A DNA stretch of 64,000 bases from Candidatus Gastranaerophilales bacterium (GTDB taxonomy: Bacteria > Cyanobacteriota > Vampirovibrionia > Gastranaerophilales > Gastranaerophilaceae), in NCBI GenBank assembly GCA_944324225.1, contig CALUVL010000011.1:2803-66802 (forward strand), given 5' to 3'. The translations under genes were made by a program, and so were the position numbers. Numbering within the stretch: the stretch's first letter is position 1; each line of letters starts with the position of its first letter. Under the pieces are notes generated by a model, which searched no databases, was not told where the DNA came from, and was given only the letters and a program-made list of their open reading frames with translations. Shown here piece by piece: positions 46,293-56,123 of this stretch.

Positions 46293-46607
46293 ATGATTTT
46301 AAAAGAATTTGCAACATACATTCAATCTCGCAAAGAAGACCTGACCTCCGGACAAACCACAGCCACAAAAATCCTTTGCGATTGGATCAGGCTGGTCATT
46401 ATGAAAAATCCGAAAGGTCATGTAGATAAAATTGTCCAAACTGAAATTTTTCTTGCACAAAACACCTCTGGAGACTTTTTCATTACAGCCAAATCACCCA
46501 GCGGAAGAACTCTTATTAAGGCCCTATACAACTTTGCCCTCAGCTATGAACACTATATCATGCAAAAATGGCTGGATAACAAAAAACCGCAAGATTTTCA
46601 AAAGTAG
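46293..46607 (+). CDS. Hypothetical protein
   Basis: 104 aa, abuts the comF-like stop. No family recognised. Confidence 0.45.
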   Translation: MILKEFATYIQSRKEDLTSGQTTATKILCDWIRLVIMKNPKGHVDKIVQTEIFLAQNTSGDFFITAKSPSGRTLIKALYNFALSYEHYIMQKWLDNKKPQDFQK

Positions 46608-46692
46608 CACATTAAATACCCTGTTGTCGGATTTTATTTGTTCTTTAAAATCTAAAATATTAGTAATTCAAATATTTTAAGGGAGCCGCAAC

Positions 46693-47544
46693 ATGACAAA
46701 ACTTTTTCAATCTCAAACCAGCAATCTGAAAAAATTAAATAATCTTTTTATTGAGTTAACTGCCAAAAACTGTAACTTGAGGTGTAAAAACTGCTATATT
46801 GATTTTCCTATATCCAAAAACGTTAAAGACTTTATTCCAGATGACCTTATCAAGGAAACTCTTATGCAAACCCGAAATGAAAATATTGAATGCATATATC
46901 TGACCGGAGCAGAACCAATGACGCACCCTGATTTCAACGGAATCTTAAGAATGTGCCTTAAACGTACAAATGTATGTATCTGTACAAACGGAAGTTTTAT
47001 CAATGAAAAAAAAGCAAGATTTTTAAAACGTGTTGAAGATGAAAGTGACTATGAAATAATTTTTCAGCTCGGTATAGCCCATTATGATGAAATAAAAAAC
47101 GATGATATCAGAGGACGCGGCACATACAGACAAACTGTACATGCATTAAAAAGTCTTGTAAAGTATGGGTTTAACCCGATTTTATGTGTTACAAATTTTT
47201 ATAAAGAAGAATACCCGCAACTGATTGACGGATTCAAAGCTGTTTGTGAAAAAATCGCTTTTCCAGCCAACGAAAACAATTTTAAAATAAATATTCCATA
47301 TGAAAAAAACAATAATCTTGAATTTCTTTCAACTGCTTGGCAAAGCCTTGATTGTGAATACGGTAGAATTCTTACAACAAAAGGGATCTATACTTGTCCA
47401 TTCCTTGCTAATGACCACAGGGGACGCTGCGGAAGCAATTTTGAGGACTTTGCCAAACATACACCACTTGAAACCGACTTTTGTGCAACATGCATCAAAA
47501 ATCAAAAATCCATGTTCACAATTAATTTTCAAAACTTTGGTTAA
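46693..47544 (+). CDS. Radical SAM protein with an additional C-terminal Cys cluster
   Basis: CNLRCKNCY (CxxxCxxC) near the N-terminus. C-terminal region YTCPFLANDHRGRCGS...FCATC. Confidence 0.75.
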   Translation: MTKLFQSQTSNLKKLNNLFIELTAKNCNLRCKNCYIDFPISKNVKDFIPDDLIKETLMQTRNENIECIYLTGAEPMTHPDFNGILRMCLKRTNVCICTNGSFINEKKARFLKRVEDESDYEIIFQLGIAHYDEIKNDDIRGRGTYRQTVHALKSLVKYGFNPILCVTNFYKEEYPQLIDGFKAVCEKIAFPANENNFKINIPYEKNNNLEFLSTAWQSLDCEYGRILTTKGIYTCPFLANDHRGRCGSNFEDFAKHTPLETDFCATCIKNQKSMFTINFQNFG

Positions 47545-48132
47545 CTACTTTTTAGCATACAATTTAATTGAAAAATTAATTAAGAGAACAGATTTATCTT
47601 TTTCATAAGGTGTAACTTCAACCTTGCAAATATCAAGAAAATGCTCATGTTTATATAAATCTTTTAAAAAGTTTTCAAAATTTTTGTAATTAGAAATTAA
47701 CTCCATATTCAACTGTGCAACATTGAATTTGCCTGGTGCTCCTTGAATAAATTTATCATCAGAAGGATCATATGCATAGTCAATAGAACGCATTTTTACA
47801 GTATTAGCTCTTATAATTTCAAGAATTTCAGAAAATTCACCGGCAATCACACCTTCAGCATCTAAACCAGCTTCAGCAGGCTCAAACATCTGTTTTTCAA
47901 CACCAGACATATCTTCCTGTTGCTTTACAGCAATTTTCAAATCGTCAAGTTCTCTCTGTTTGTCAGCCAAAACAAGGGTTTGAGCCGCATACTGCTCATT
48001 CATATCCATAATACTTTGGACTGTCGGCACAATACTATTTATAACCAAATATATAATACCTAGTGCGGCCAAAACAAGTATTAACACCGCATATTTCAAC
48101 TTCATTAAAATTTCTTTAGTTTCTTCTGGCAT
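47545..48132 (-). CDS. PilO/GspM-like inner-membrane pilus/secretion assembly protein
   Basis: N-terminal TM segment, coiled coil, and C-terminal FNVAQLNMELISNYKNFENFLKDLYKHEHFLDICKVEVTP...LLINFSIKLY pattern as in PilO. Confidence 0.6.
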   Translation of the reverse strand: MPEETKEILMKLKYAVLILVLAALGIIYLVINSIVPTVQSIMDMNEQYAAQTLVLADKQRELDDLKIAVKQQEDMSGVEKQMFEPAEAGLDAEGVIAGEFSEILEIIRANTVKMRSIDYAYDPSDDKFIQGAPGKFNVAQLNMELISNYKNFENFLKDLYKHEHFLDICKVEVTPYEKDKSVLLINFSIKLYAKK

Positions 48133-48170
48133 AATTTATAAAAATTCTCCGTTATTTATTATTTCGATAA

Positions 48171-49880
48171 TTAGTTAATAGGTTCATCACTTAACAATTT
48201 TGTTTTTGGGGGCAGGTTAACTGCTTTACCCGTTGTTTTTCCTTTACCAGCGTCTTTAGTATCTTTAGCGTCTTTACCTTTTCCATCTTCGGAAGCCGCA
48301 GAAGCTGGAGCTGCGCTTATATTAGAAATTTCAAAATCATAGGTTACAGGAAGATTTGACATAAACTCATCAACATCATCCGAAACCATTTCAAGTTTTT
48401 GAAGTTTCAAATTACTAGATACTAGATATTCCTTAAGATTTTTATAGAATGTATAAACATCCTCAACAGTGCTGGCACCGCCCTTTATAGAAATATTTCC
48501 ATTTCCTTCGGTCATAAAATAAGAAAGCCATAACTGCGCAGGAACAGATTCACCGATTGCAGAATAAGCCATCAACTTAATACGATTATCCTGCAATGTT
48601 TTATTAATTTCATTTTTAACACTGAACTTGCCGGCCATTTGCTGGGCGTCCTTTAATTCTTTAATTTCTTTTTCGACCTGCTGAATACTCGCATTCAACT
48701 CATCAAGTTCTGCCTGCTTTGTAGCCTGTATCTGAGGCAACAGTAAAAATGCAACTAGCACTGGAACAAGACAAATAACCGAAACTACAACAGATAAAAC
48801 CATTGCCATCGTTGGAGTTGTGGTATATTCTTTTTCACCTATAGTAATCGTAACTGTTTCTTCAGTAGCAACAGCTTCATTGGTTGTAGCAAGGAAATTA
48901 CAAATAATTGGATAATCCGAAAATTTTGATATTGCAACCCCAATTGCTTGAAGTGAAATTTTCAAAATATTATCTGGTAAAACATCCAAACTTACCGGTA
49001 AAAATTCTTTCCGTTTAAACTTATTGTTTTCAATATATTCAACAGCGCAATCCACGTTAAGATTTTTTGCCAAAACCTCTGCACTTACCGAATTTGTATC
49101 GGAAAGAATTACAAGATAATTAGCAGGATAACTCATAAGAGTGATTTGTGCCGATGAAGTTATTACATTATAAATTTCATCACCTTCATAAGATTTAATA
49201 GCAATTGGTTCTTCATAATAATCAACAACATTTTTACCAACCATTGAAACCAAACTGTATCCATTAGATCCTACAGAAAGTAAATTCCATGTCACACCCT
49301 GCTTCATCTCGTTTATAGTAAGCCCAGTATAATCAAGAGCTTTTAATGTAGAAAGCAAAGACATTTCTACACCAACCAAAAATGCACCCAATTCAGTTAA
49401 TGTATTTGCTATTTGTTCTACCACAAGCTGTTGTACTGCGGAATAAAATAATTTTCGAGCTTCACCGGTTCCTGTATTAGAATCCCACCACTGTACAATC
49501 GGGTCATGCCTTTTAAAAACATATGATTGCTCAACTTCCGACGTAACAGCACCGGTTATTGCTTCATCCCCCAGCATTAATGACATCTCTATAGAACTAA
49601 ATAATACCGTTGGTAAATTGATTGTCACATTACACTTCGGTGATATTTTTAATTCCTCAAACATTTCACTAACAGCCGTTTTGAACTCTTCCATGTTGCT
49701 TATTTCTCTTAACGATTCATTGTATGCAAGAGGACGTACAGCGTAATTTTTTACAGTATGACTTGCCTCATCAATTTGAATCATCTCAAGACCAACACCA
49801 GGAGTAACAGATAAGAAAACATCTGCTCTGTTCCCTGCTGTAAGCTTGTTTATAAAATCATTAATAACATTTGAATCCAT
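48171..49880 (-). CDS. Fused PilM-like (actin-fold) and PilN-like protein, i.e. GspL-type architecture, with a K/G/D-rich C-terminal tail
   Basis: N-terminal VFLSVTPGVGLEMIQIDE... PilM-like region. Single TM segment MAMVLSVVVSVICLVPVLVAFLLL. Coiled coil, then VPAQLWLSYFMTEGNGNISIKGGASTVEDVYTFYKNLKE, a PilN-like domain. Confidence 0.6.
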   Translation of the reverse strand: MDSNVINDFINKLTAGNRADVFLSVTPGVGLEMIQIDEASHTVKNYAVRPLAYNESLREISNMEEFKTAVSEMFEELKISPKCNVTINLPTVLFSSIEMSLMLGDEAITGAVTSEVEQSYVFKRHDPIVQWWDSNTGTGEARKLFYSAVQQLVVEQIANTLTELGAFLVGVEMSLLSTLKALDYTGLTINEMKQGVTWNLLSVGSNGYSLVSMVGKNVVDYYEEPIAIKSYEGDEIYNVITSSAQITLMSYPANYLVILSDTNSVSAEVLAKNLNVDCAVEYIENNKFKRKEFLPVSLDVLPDNILKISLQAIGVAISKFSDYPIICNFLATTNEAVATEETVTITIGEKEYTTTPTMAMVLSVVVSVICLVPVLVAFLLLPQIQATKQAELDELNASIQQVEKEIKELKDAQQMAGKFSVKNEINKTLQDNRIKLMAYSAIGESVPAQLWLSYFMTEGNGNISIKGGASTVEDVYTFYKNLKEYLVSSNLKLQKLEMVSDDVDEFMSNLPVTYDFEISNISAAPASAASEDGKGKDAKDTKDAGKGKTTGKAVNLPPKTKLLSDEPIN

Positions 49881-49991
49881 AATTAATAAATTTCTCTTCC
49901 TATGTACTTAATTCTAATTTTATTATACAATATATTTTGTAAAGGTCGCAAATTTAACATAAATTTACACTATATGGAGGACTAACCCCAA

Positions 49992-50912
49992 ATGAATGAG
50001 CTTACTTATAAAATACTGGAGCTGAAAAAGAACAAAAATGCAATAATTCTTGCTCATTGTTACCAAAATATTGAAATTGATGAAGTAGCTGATTATATTG
50101 GAGATTCTCTTTACCTAAGCAGGATGGCCGCAAAAACAGATGCTGATATTATTGTATTTGCCGGAGTTTATTTCATGGCACAGACGGCCAAAATTTTATG
50201 TCCTGATAAAAAGGTCCTCCTTCCTGATTTGCAAGCCGGTTGTGATATGGCTGATATGATAAACTTAAAACAATTGAGAGAATTTAAACTCAAAAATCCT
50301 GGTATTCCGACAGTCTGCTATATTAATTCAACAGCTGAAGTCAAATCAGAGTGCGATATTTGTTGTACAAGCTCGAATGCAGTTAAAATTGTTGAAAGTC
50401 TGCATGCTCCCAAAGTCCTTTTTGTGCCGGATCAAAATCTGGGCAAATGGGTTGAAAAACAACTGGGAAATGTTGAAGTTATAACCTATTCAGGTTATTG
50501 TCCAATTCACCACAACATTACAATTAATGAAGTCTGTAAAATTAGGGAAAAATATCCTGATATAAAACTTCTTGCGCACCCTGAATGCAAAGAAGAAGTT
50601 TCTGCTCTCGCCGATTTTGTCGGAAGCACAACTGGAATTATGGATTTTGTTAAGAACAGTTCTGAGTCAAAATTTATTATAGCAACAGAAAAAGGCGTAG
50701 TTGACAGACTTAAACGTGATTATCCCGATAAAGATTTCATGATTATAAAAGAAAATCTCATTTGTGAAAGTATGAAACTGAATACTCTTCAAGATATTTA
50801 TAATGCTCTTAATTTTGAAACCCATGAAATAAAAGTTAATAAAGAAATTTCAAATAAAGCGCATATATGTATAGATAGAATGCTTGAAGTATCAAAAGCC
50901 GGAGTAAAATAA
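49992..50912 (+). CDS. nadA: Quinolinate synthase
   Basis: ILAHCYQ..EIDEVADYIGDSL, FAGVYFMAQTAK and conserved Cys residues; 306 aa. Confidence 0.9.
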   Translation: MNELTYKILELKKNKNAIILAHCYQNIEIDEVADYIGDSLYLSRMAAKTDADIIVFAGVYFMAQTAKILCPDKKVLLPDLQAGCDMADMINLKQLREFKLKNPGIPTVCYINSTAEVKSECDICCTSSNAVKIVESLHAPKVLFVPDQNLGKWVEKQLGNVEVITYSGYCPIHHNITINEVCKIREKYPDIKLLAHPECKEEVSALADFVGSTTGIMDFVKNSSESKFIIATEKGVVDRLKRDYPDKDFMIIKENLICESMKLNTLQDIYNALNFETHEIKVNKEISNKAHICIDRMLEVSKAGVK

Positions 50913-50914
50913 AT

Positions 50915-51661
50915 ATGACAGATGAGATTATTTTCGGCAAAAATGCAATAACAGAGGCTTTAATCAGTGGTGACAGAGAAATCAACAAAATTCTGATTTC
51001 GAAAAATATCCACACAGATGCAAAGATTAACAAAATCAAAGAACTTGCAAGAGAAAAAGGTATTGTTTTTCAATTTGTGGCTAAAGAAAAATTTCAACCC
51101 TTTGCAGAATTTAACCATCAGGGAGTTATTGCGCAGATTTCGCCTTTAGCTTATACAGATCTGGACGAATTTCTTGAAAAAAAACACCAAAATGCCTCCA
51201 TTGTTATTCTTGATGGCATAGAAGATCCGCACAATTTTGGAGCAATAATCAGATCATGTGTATGCGCAGGCGTTGATGGCATTATCATTCCTTCAAGGCG
51301 AAATGTTCAGGTAAACTCCGTTGTCGAAAAAACAAGTGCCGGTGCAATTAATCACATTCCGATTATTAAAGTAAGCAGTCTTTCTTACGCTGTACAACAG
51401 TTAAAAGATTCAGACTGGTGGATAATTGCAACGGATGCTTCAGCAGAAGATAATTATTATGATATAAAATATAACAATATGAATTTTGCACTTATAATGG
51501 GCGCTGAACATGCAGGGGTTTCAAAAACTCTTCTCAAAATGTCAGACTTCAAAGTCAAAATTCCTATGATGAATAATTTTAACTCGCTAAATGTTTCAAA
51601 TGCAGCCAGTGTCATTATTTTTGAAAGTCTCAGACAGCGTTTGACACAACACAATCTTTAA
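50915..51661 (+). CDS. rlmB: SpoU/TrmH-family 23S rRNA 2'-O-methyltransferase (RlmB-like)
   Basis: GKNAITEAL N-terminal domain; LDGIEDPHNFGAIIRS and NSLNVSNAASVIIFE motifs. Confidence 0.8.
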   Translation: MTDEIIFGKNAITEALISGDREINKILISKNIHTDAKINKIKELAREKGIVFQFVAKEKFQPFAEFNHQGVIAQISPLAYTDLDEFLEKKHQNASIVILDGIEDPHNFGAIIRSCVCAGVDGIIIPSRRNVQVNSVVEKTSAGAINHIPIIKVSSLSYAVQQLKDSDWWIIATDASAEDNYYDIKYNNMNFALIMGAEHAGVSKTLLKMSDFKVKIPMMNNFNSLNVSNAASVIIFESLRQRLTQHNL

Positions 51662-51734
51662 GCAACATTAAAAACTAGTTTTGCACAAAATTTTATATTA
51701 TAATAATTTTTGAAGATGGAGAGTTTTACAATTT

Positions 51735-52736
51735 ATGAAAAAAACAATAGAAAAACTTGGACTTTTATCGGAAGACATATCTGATGAAAATGTTAACTTC
51801 CATGAACTTGAGCCATTGGATGAAGATGATGAACTTATTCATTCTGTTGAAGATCCCAAAGTTCAGGAAAGCTTGGCCTCGGTAAACTCTGATGACAGCG
51901 TCAAAATTTATTTACAGCAAATTGGTAAAATTCCGCTTCTTTCAGCAGAACAAGAACTTGATCTTGCAAAGAAAATTTATGACTCTCAGGATGAATTTTC
52001 AAAAAATCTTCTTGTTAATGCAAACCTCAGGCTTGTCGTCAGCATCGCCAAAAAATATATCGGACGCGGACTTTCTTTTCTTGACCTTATTCAGGAGGGC
52101 AACCTCGGCCTGATGAAAGCTGCCGGAAGGTTTGACTACACAAAAGGCTACAAATTTTCAACTTATGCAACATGGTGGATTCAGCAGTCAATAACACGCG
52201 CCATTGCGGACAAAGCAAGGATTATCCGTCTTCCTATCCACATGATTGAATCTCTCGGCAAAATCCGCCGTGCAACAATCGATTTAACAACGGAACTCGG
52301 ACATACCCCGTCTAAACAGGAAATTGCTTACAGGCTTGGGATTTCCGTAAATAAACTCACTTCCATTATCAAGTCAGCACAAAGCACAATCAGCATGGAA
52401 ACCCCAGCTAACAGTTCTGAAGACAGCTCTAAAATTGCTGACTTTATTGTTGATGATTCTACAATAACACCTGACAGCAGAGTTTCTCAGGAAAATCTTT
52501 TTGAAGATATCAGAAAAATGCTTAATCAATTAAGCCCCAAAGAGCGTGATGTTCTTATTCTCCGCTACGGGCTTGACAACAGCGGAACTAAGAAAACTCT
52601 TGATGAAATCGGTTCTCAATACGGTGTTTCCCGTGAACGCATCCGCCAGATTGAAAACAGGGCTATCGCAAAGCTTAAAAAACTATGCAAAAACAAACAC
52701 CTGACGGTCGGTTTGCGCAACTACTTCGGCGAGTAG
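51735..52736 (+). CDS. rpoD: RNA polymerase primary-like sigma-70 factor (RpoD/SigA group)
   Basis: Region 1.2 [17 protein letters not shown], region 2 [16 protein letters not shown], region 4 [18 protein letters not shown]. Confidence 0.9.
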   Translation: MKKTIEKLGLLSEDISDENVNFHELEPLDEDDELIHSVEDPKVQESLASVNSDDSVKIYLQQIGKIPLLSAEQELDLAKKIYDSQDEFSKNLLVNANLRLVVSIAKKYIGRGLSFLDLIQEGNLGLMKAAGRFDYTKGYKFSTYATWWIQQSITRAIADKARIIRLPIHMIESLGKIRRATIDLTTELGHTPSKQEIAYRLGISVNKLTSIIKSAQSTISMETPANSSEDSSKIADFIVDDSTITPDSRVSQENLFEDIRKMLNQLSPKERDVLILRYGLDNSGTKKTLDEIGSQYGVSRERIRQIENRAIAKLKKLCKNKHLTVGLRNYFGE

Positions 52737-52737
52737 C

Positions 52738-52880
52738 ACACGAAGTGTGCTCTTACCTTTGGATAGATATTAGTTAAAGCCGCTTGGCACAGGATTAGGA
52801 ACTAAAGTGCAGGATTAGGAATTCGGCGCTTGCAACACGGGCCGCCATTGTTTTACACGAAGTGTGCTCTTACCTTTGGA
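52738..52880. repeat. Perfect 26-nt direct repeat acacgaagtgtgctcttacctttgga (52738-52763 and 52855-52880) flanking a 12-nt direct repeat caggattaggaa (52790-52801 and 52810-52821)
   Basis: Read directly. The repeat contains a small hairpin cac-gaa-gtg core. Confidence 0.85.
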
Positions 52881-52910
52881 ACAGTTTTAGTTTAAGGAGA
52901 TTGAAACATA

Positions 52911-53612
52911 TTACAATTTATACGGGTAATCTTTTTTAAATTCCCAGTTATCATATTCTAAAAGACTGATGCAATAGGCAGAATTCTGTTTACATAGTTC
53001 AAGCAACTTTTCCCGGCCGTCTTTATTATACTTGTATCCGTAAGAACAAAAAGCTTTATTCTTATTTCCGCAATATGACAATCTGCTGCTGTCATCCAGA
53101 CAAATTAAAAATACGAAAATATCAGACCCGCCTCTATTTGGATTTCTGTTCCCATTTATGTCAAATTGTATATCTATACAACTGCCATTGTGAAACGTCA
53201 TACTAGATCCATCGGCTAAATAAACTTTTGTATTATTTGCAGAAGTTTGTGCAACTCCGTTTTCGTCTACCTCTGCATTTTTACCGTCAACTATACTTGT
53301 ATATTTGAAATATTTGGCTAAATACATCAAAAAAAATTCTTTTGTAATTTTTCCGTTTGCCTCATAATCCCTGTTTCCCTCTTCATCCTTTTGTTCTCCT
53401 CCTTCTCTGACCCAGGCAATGCTTTCACCATTTTCAAACTCTGACATCAAAAGTGCCTGCTGCATTATCGCATTAAATCTTTTTAACCGTGCCGACGCCT
53501 CAACTTTTTTCCCGTTGCCGATAATTGCAGGAATAGTCATTGCGGCAACAATACCAATTATTCCTACTGTTATTAATGTTTCAGCCAGAGTAAACCCTAT
53601 ACTTTTATTCAT
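52911..53612 (-). CDS. Prepilin-type N-terminal cleavage/methylation domain protein (pilin/pseudopilin-like)
   Basis: MNKSIGFTLAETLITVGIIGIVAAMTIPAI is the classical G-FTLxE class III signal. Confidence 0.85.
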   Translation of the reverse strand: MNKSIGFTLAETLITVGIIGIVAAMTIPAIIGNGKKVEASARLKRFNAIMQQALLMSEFENGESIAWVREGGEQKDEEGNRDYEANGKITKEFFLMYLAKYFKYTSIVDGKNAEVDENGVAQTSANNTKVYLADGSSMTFHNGSCIDIQFDINGNRNPNRGGSDIFVFLICLDDSSRLSYCGNKNKAFCSYGYKYNKDGREKLLELCKQNSAYCISLLEYDNWEFKKDYPYKL

Positions 53613-53728
53613 AATCAGCCTTTCATAATATTAAATTAATACATTTATTATAAACATATTAATTTATTTATGTCAACTCTTTTAAACGTATTTATTGAAA
53701 TTAATCTGCTATATGCAATCATGAATTT

Positions 53729-53932
53729 ATGAGAATTATTACAGAGGTTAAAGAAATACTTTATCAAAAAGGTTTAAGCCTTAAATACGTAGCCGAAGAA
53801 CTGTCCAAACGTTTGAATAAACCTTATTCTCTTGCGAATCTTTCAAATAAACTCAGAAATGAAACCATTACTTATCGAGAAATGAAACTTATTGCAGAAA
53901 TCATCAATTGCAGACTCGAGTTATCAAATTAA
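53729..53932 (+). CDS. Small XRE-like helix-turn-helix protein
   Basis: 67 aa. The KGLSLKYVAEEL...LANLSNKL pattern resembles an HTH_XRE fold. Divergent from the pilin-like gene. Confidence 0.45.
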   Translation: MRIITEVKEILYQKGLSLKYVAEELSKRLNKPYSLANLSNKLRNETITYREMKLIAEIINCRLELSN

Positions 53933-53964
53933 AAAATCGCCCTTCTTAAAAGGGCGATTTTCAA
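53931..53964. terminator. Bidirectional terminator between the HTH gene and rpsA
   Basis: aaaaaatcgccct-tcttaaa-agggcgattttc. Confidence 0.75.
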
Positions 53965-53985
53965 ACTTTATGATAGAAGTTTTAT

Positions 53986-55062
53986 TTATTCAGCGTCTTT
54001 GTTGATGTCTTTTACACTCAGGGCTATTCTGTGTTCCTGAGGAGTGAATTTCTTAATCAAAACTTCTACACTGTCGCCGACTTTGTATCTGTTGAACGGG
54101 TTTACATTTTCTTCAGCCATTTCTGAAACCGGAAGAAGTGCTTCTACGCCGGGGAATATGTTAATAAATGCGCCAAATCCGGTTACTTTATTAACTGTAC
54201 CTGTGATTACCTGACCTTCTTCAAACTGGCCTTCAATCTGCTGCCACGGATCTTCGCCCATTCTCTTCAGAGAAAGAGAAATTCTCTTTAATTCGTTGTC
54301 GATTTTGATAATCTTAACTTCAATAGTTTCGCCAAGAGAAATTACATCTGAAGGATGTTTGATTCTTGACCATGAAATTTCTGAAATAGGAAGAAGACCG
54401 TCAATTCCGTTGATATCAACAAATGCACCAAAATCTGCAATTCTTACGACTTCACCTTTTACAACCTGTCCTTCTTCAAGAGTTGAGAGAATGTTATCTA
54501 CAACCTGATCACGTTGTTCAGCTACAGCCTGTCTTTGAGAAAGAATAAGTTTGTTTTTCTTAGGATCTGCTTCAAGAACTTTAACTTCGATTTTTGTATC
54601 AATCAAGCCGTCAAACGGAGTGCCGGTTCTAAGCTGTGATGAAGGTATAAAACCTTTCAAATCTGCAACGTCAACAAGAACACCGCCTTTTACAATTGAA
54701 ACAACTTTTGCCAGAATTGTATCCCCTTGAATTTTAGCGTCATTCAACTGCGCCCATGCTTGAGCAAATGCAAGACGTTTAAGTGACAAAAGCATTCCTT
54801 CATCATCATTTTCTTCTTTAAGAACGTAAAATTCTTTTACATCACCTATATCTACAGTTTCAGCGCCTTCTGCAGAAGGAATTTCTTTTGACGGAAGAAA
54901 AGCTTCTGTTTTAGCGCCTTTTACGCTTACAAGATATCCGTCCTGTTCTTTTTTAATAACAGTACCTTCTACAATATCAGCTACTGCATTAGTTGTTGAA
55001 AATGATTCTTCAAGCAATTTTTCAAATTCATCTTGAGTTGTTTTTTCTAATGTTGTTGTCAT
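53986..55062 (-). CDS. rpsA: 30S ribosomal protein S1 (four S1 domains)
   Basis: Repeated S1 motifs: G.VV.G.V..I...G..V.L.G..GLLP.SE. Confidence 0.85.
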   Translation of the reverse strand: MTTTLEKTTQDEFEKLLEESFSTTNAVADIVEGTVIKKEQDGYLVSVKGAKTEAFLPSKEIPSAEGAETVDIGDVKEFYVLKEENDDEGMLLSLKRLAFAQAWAQLNDAKIQGDTILAKVVSIVKGGVLVDVADLKGFIPSSQLRTGTPFDGLIDTKIEVKVLEADPKKNKLILSQRQAVAEQRDQVVDNILSTLEEGQVVKGEVVRIADFGAFVDINGIDGLLPISEISWSRIKHPSDVISLGETIEVKIIKIDNELKRISLSLKRMGEDPWQQIEGQFEEGQVITGTVNKVTGFGAFINIFPGVEALLPVSEMAEENVNPFNRYKVGDSVEVLIKKFTPQEHRIALSVKDINKDAE

Positions 55063-55104
55063 TTTTAATTTATCCTTTCGTTTTTTGGTTTTCTTTTTGT
55101 ACGT

Positions 55105-56010
55105 TTAAAAACTTTTTAATCGTTCGATTACATAGTCAATAACATTTTGAGGTGTAGAAGCACCGGCTGTCACTGATATTGCCTCATTTTCGTTAATCAT
55201 ATTTTTATAATGTTCAAGTTCATCAGCATTTTCAATATGAATAGTCTGTGTTATACCGCCCAAAATCTCTGCCAGATGAGTTGTATTCGCACTCTTCTTA
55301 GAGCCGACAACAATCATCAAATCACTATTTTGCGCAAGTTCTTTTGCTTCATTCTGACGCATTGATGTACTGGCACAGATTGTATTTGCGATATGAATTT
55401 CTTTTGCTATTGATGTCAGATAATCAATTATTGTATTCAATGTTGAAAGCATCTGGGTAGTTTGCACTACAATCCCTACACGCTTGTGTGATTTTATCGC
55501 CTCTTCATACATCTTTAGCTGATCAATATTAGCTGCAACCGCAACATTTTCACTCCATAAAAGCGCATTTGCCTTTATTGCAACCACTTCAGGATGCTCA
55601 GCTTTTCCGACTATCACTACAAAATAGCCTTCTTTTGCAAGTTCAACAGCCTTTTGCTGAACTTTCTTAACATCCGGACAGGTTAAATCTACAGGGGTAA
55701 AGCCAGCCTGTTTAATTTGTTCAATAACTTCAGGACTTTCACCATGGCTCCTGATTACGCATATACCTTCACCTTGAGATGGAATTTCATAAAGAGTTTT
55801 TATTCCCATATTTTCAAGTTCATTTATTACGTTTGCATTATGAATAAGTTCCCCCAGAACAAATATATTTTTGCCAGGATTTTCTTCTTTTAATTTCTTA
55901 GCGGTCTCAACGGCACGTTTAACTCCGTAACAAAAACCCGCATATTTTGCTAATTTTATTTTTTTCGGCAATTTAAAATTGTCTTCTTTCTTTTGGACTT
56001 GCGGTAACAA
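55105..56010 (-). CDS. ispH: 4-hydroxy-3-methylbut-2-enyl diphosphate reductase
   Basis: AGFCYGVKRAV, HNANVINEL and the GSKKSANTTHL region. The track start is TTG at 56010. An internal TTG at 55971 would give the usual short N-terminus. Confidence 0.85.
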   Translation of the reverse strand: MLPQVQKKEDNFKLPKKIKLAKYAGFCYGVKRAVETAKKLKEENPGKNIFVLGELIHNANVINELENMGIKTLYEIPSQGEGICVIRSHGESPEVIEQIKQAGFTPVDLTCPDVKKVQQKAVELAKEGYFVVIVGKAEHPEVVAIKANALLWSENVAVAANIDQLKMYEEAIKSHKRVGIVVQTTQMLSTLNTIIDYLTSIAKEIHIANTICASTSMRQNEAKELAQNSDLMIVVGSKKSANTTHLAEILGGITQTIHIENADELEHYKNMINENEAISVTAGASTPQNVIDYVIERLKSF

Positions 56011-56123
56011 GACCGCTGTAATTATATTAAATTACAAAAAAAAAGAATTGGCAAGCCCAAATATTACTGCCGGCTTTAAAACATTAAACCGGCAGATTTC
56101 AACTACAAACCTTGCACCTGAAC

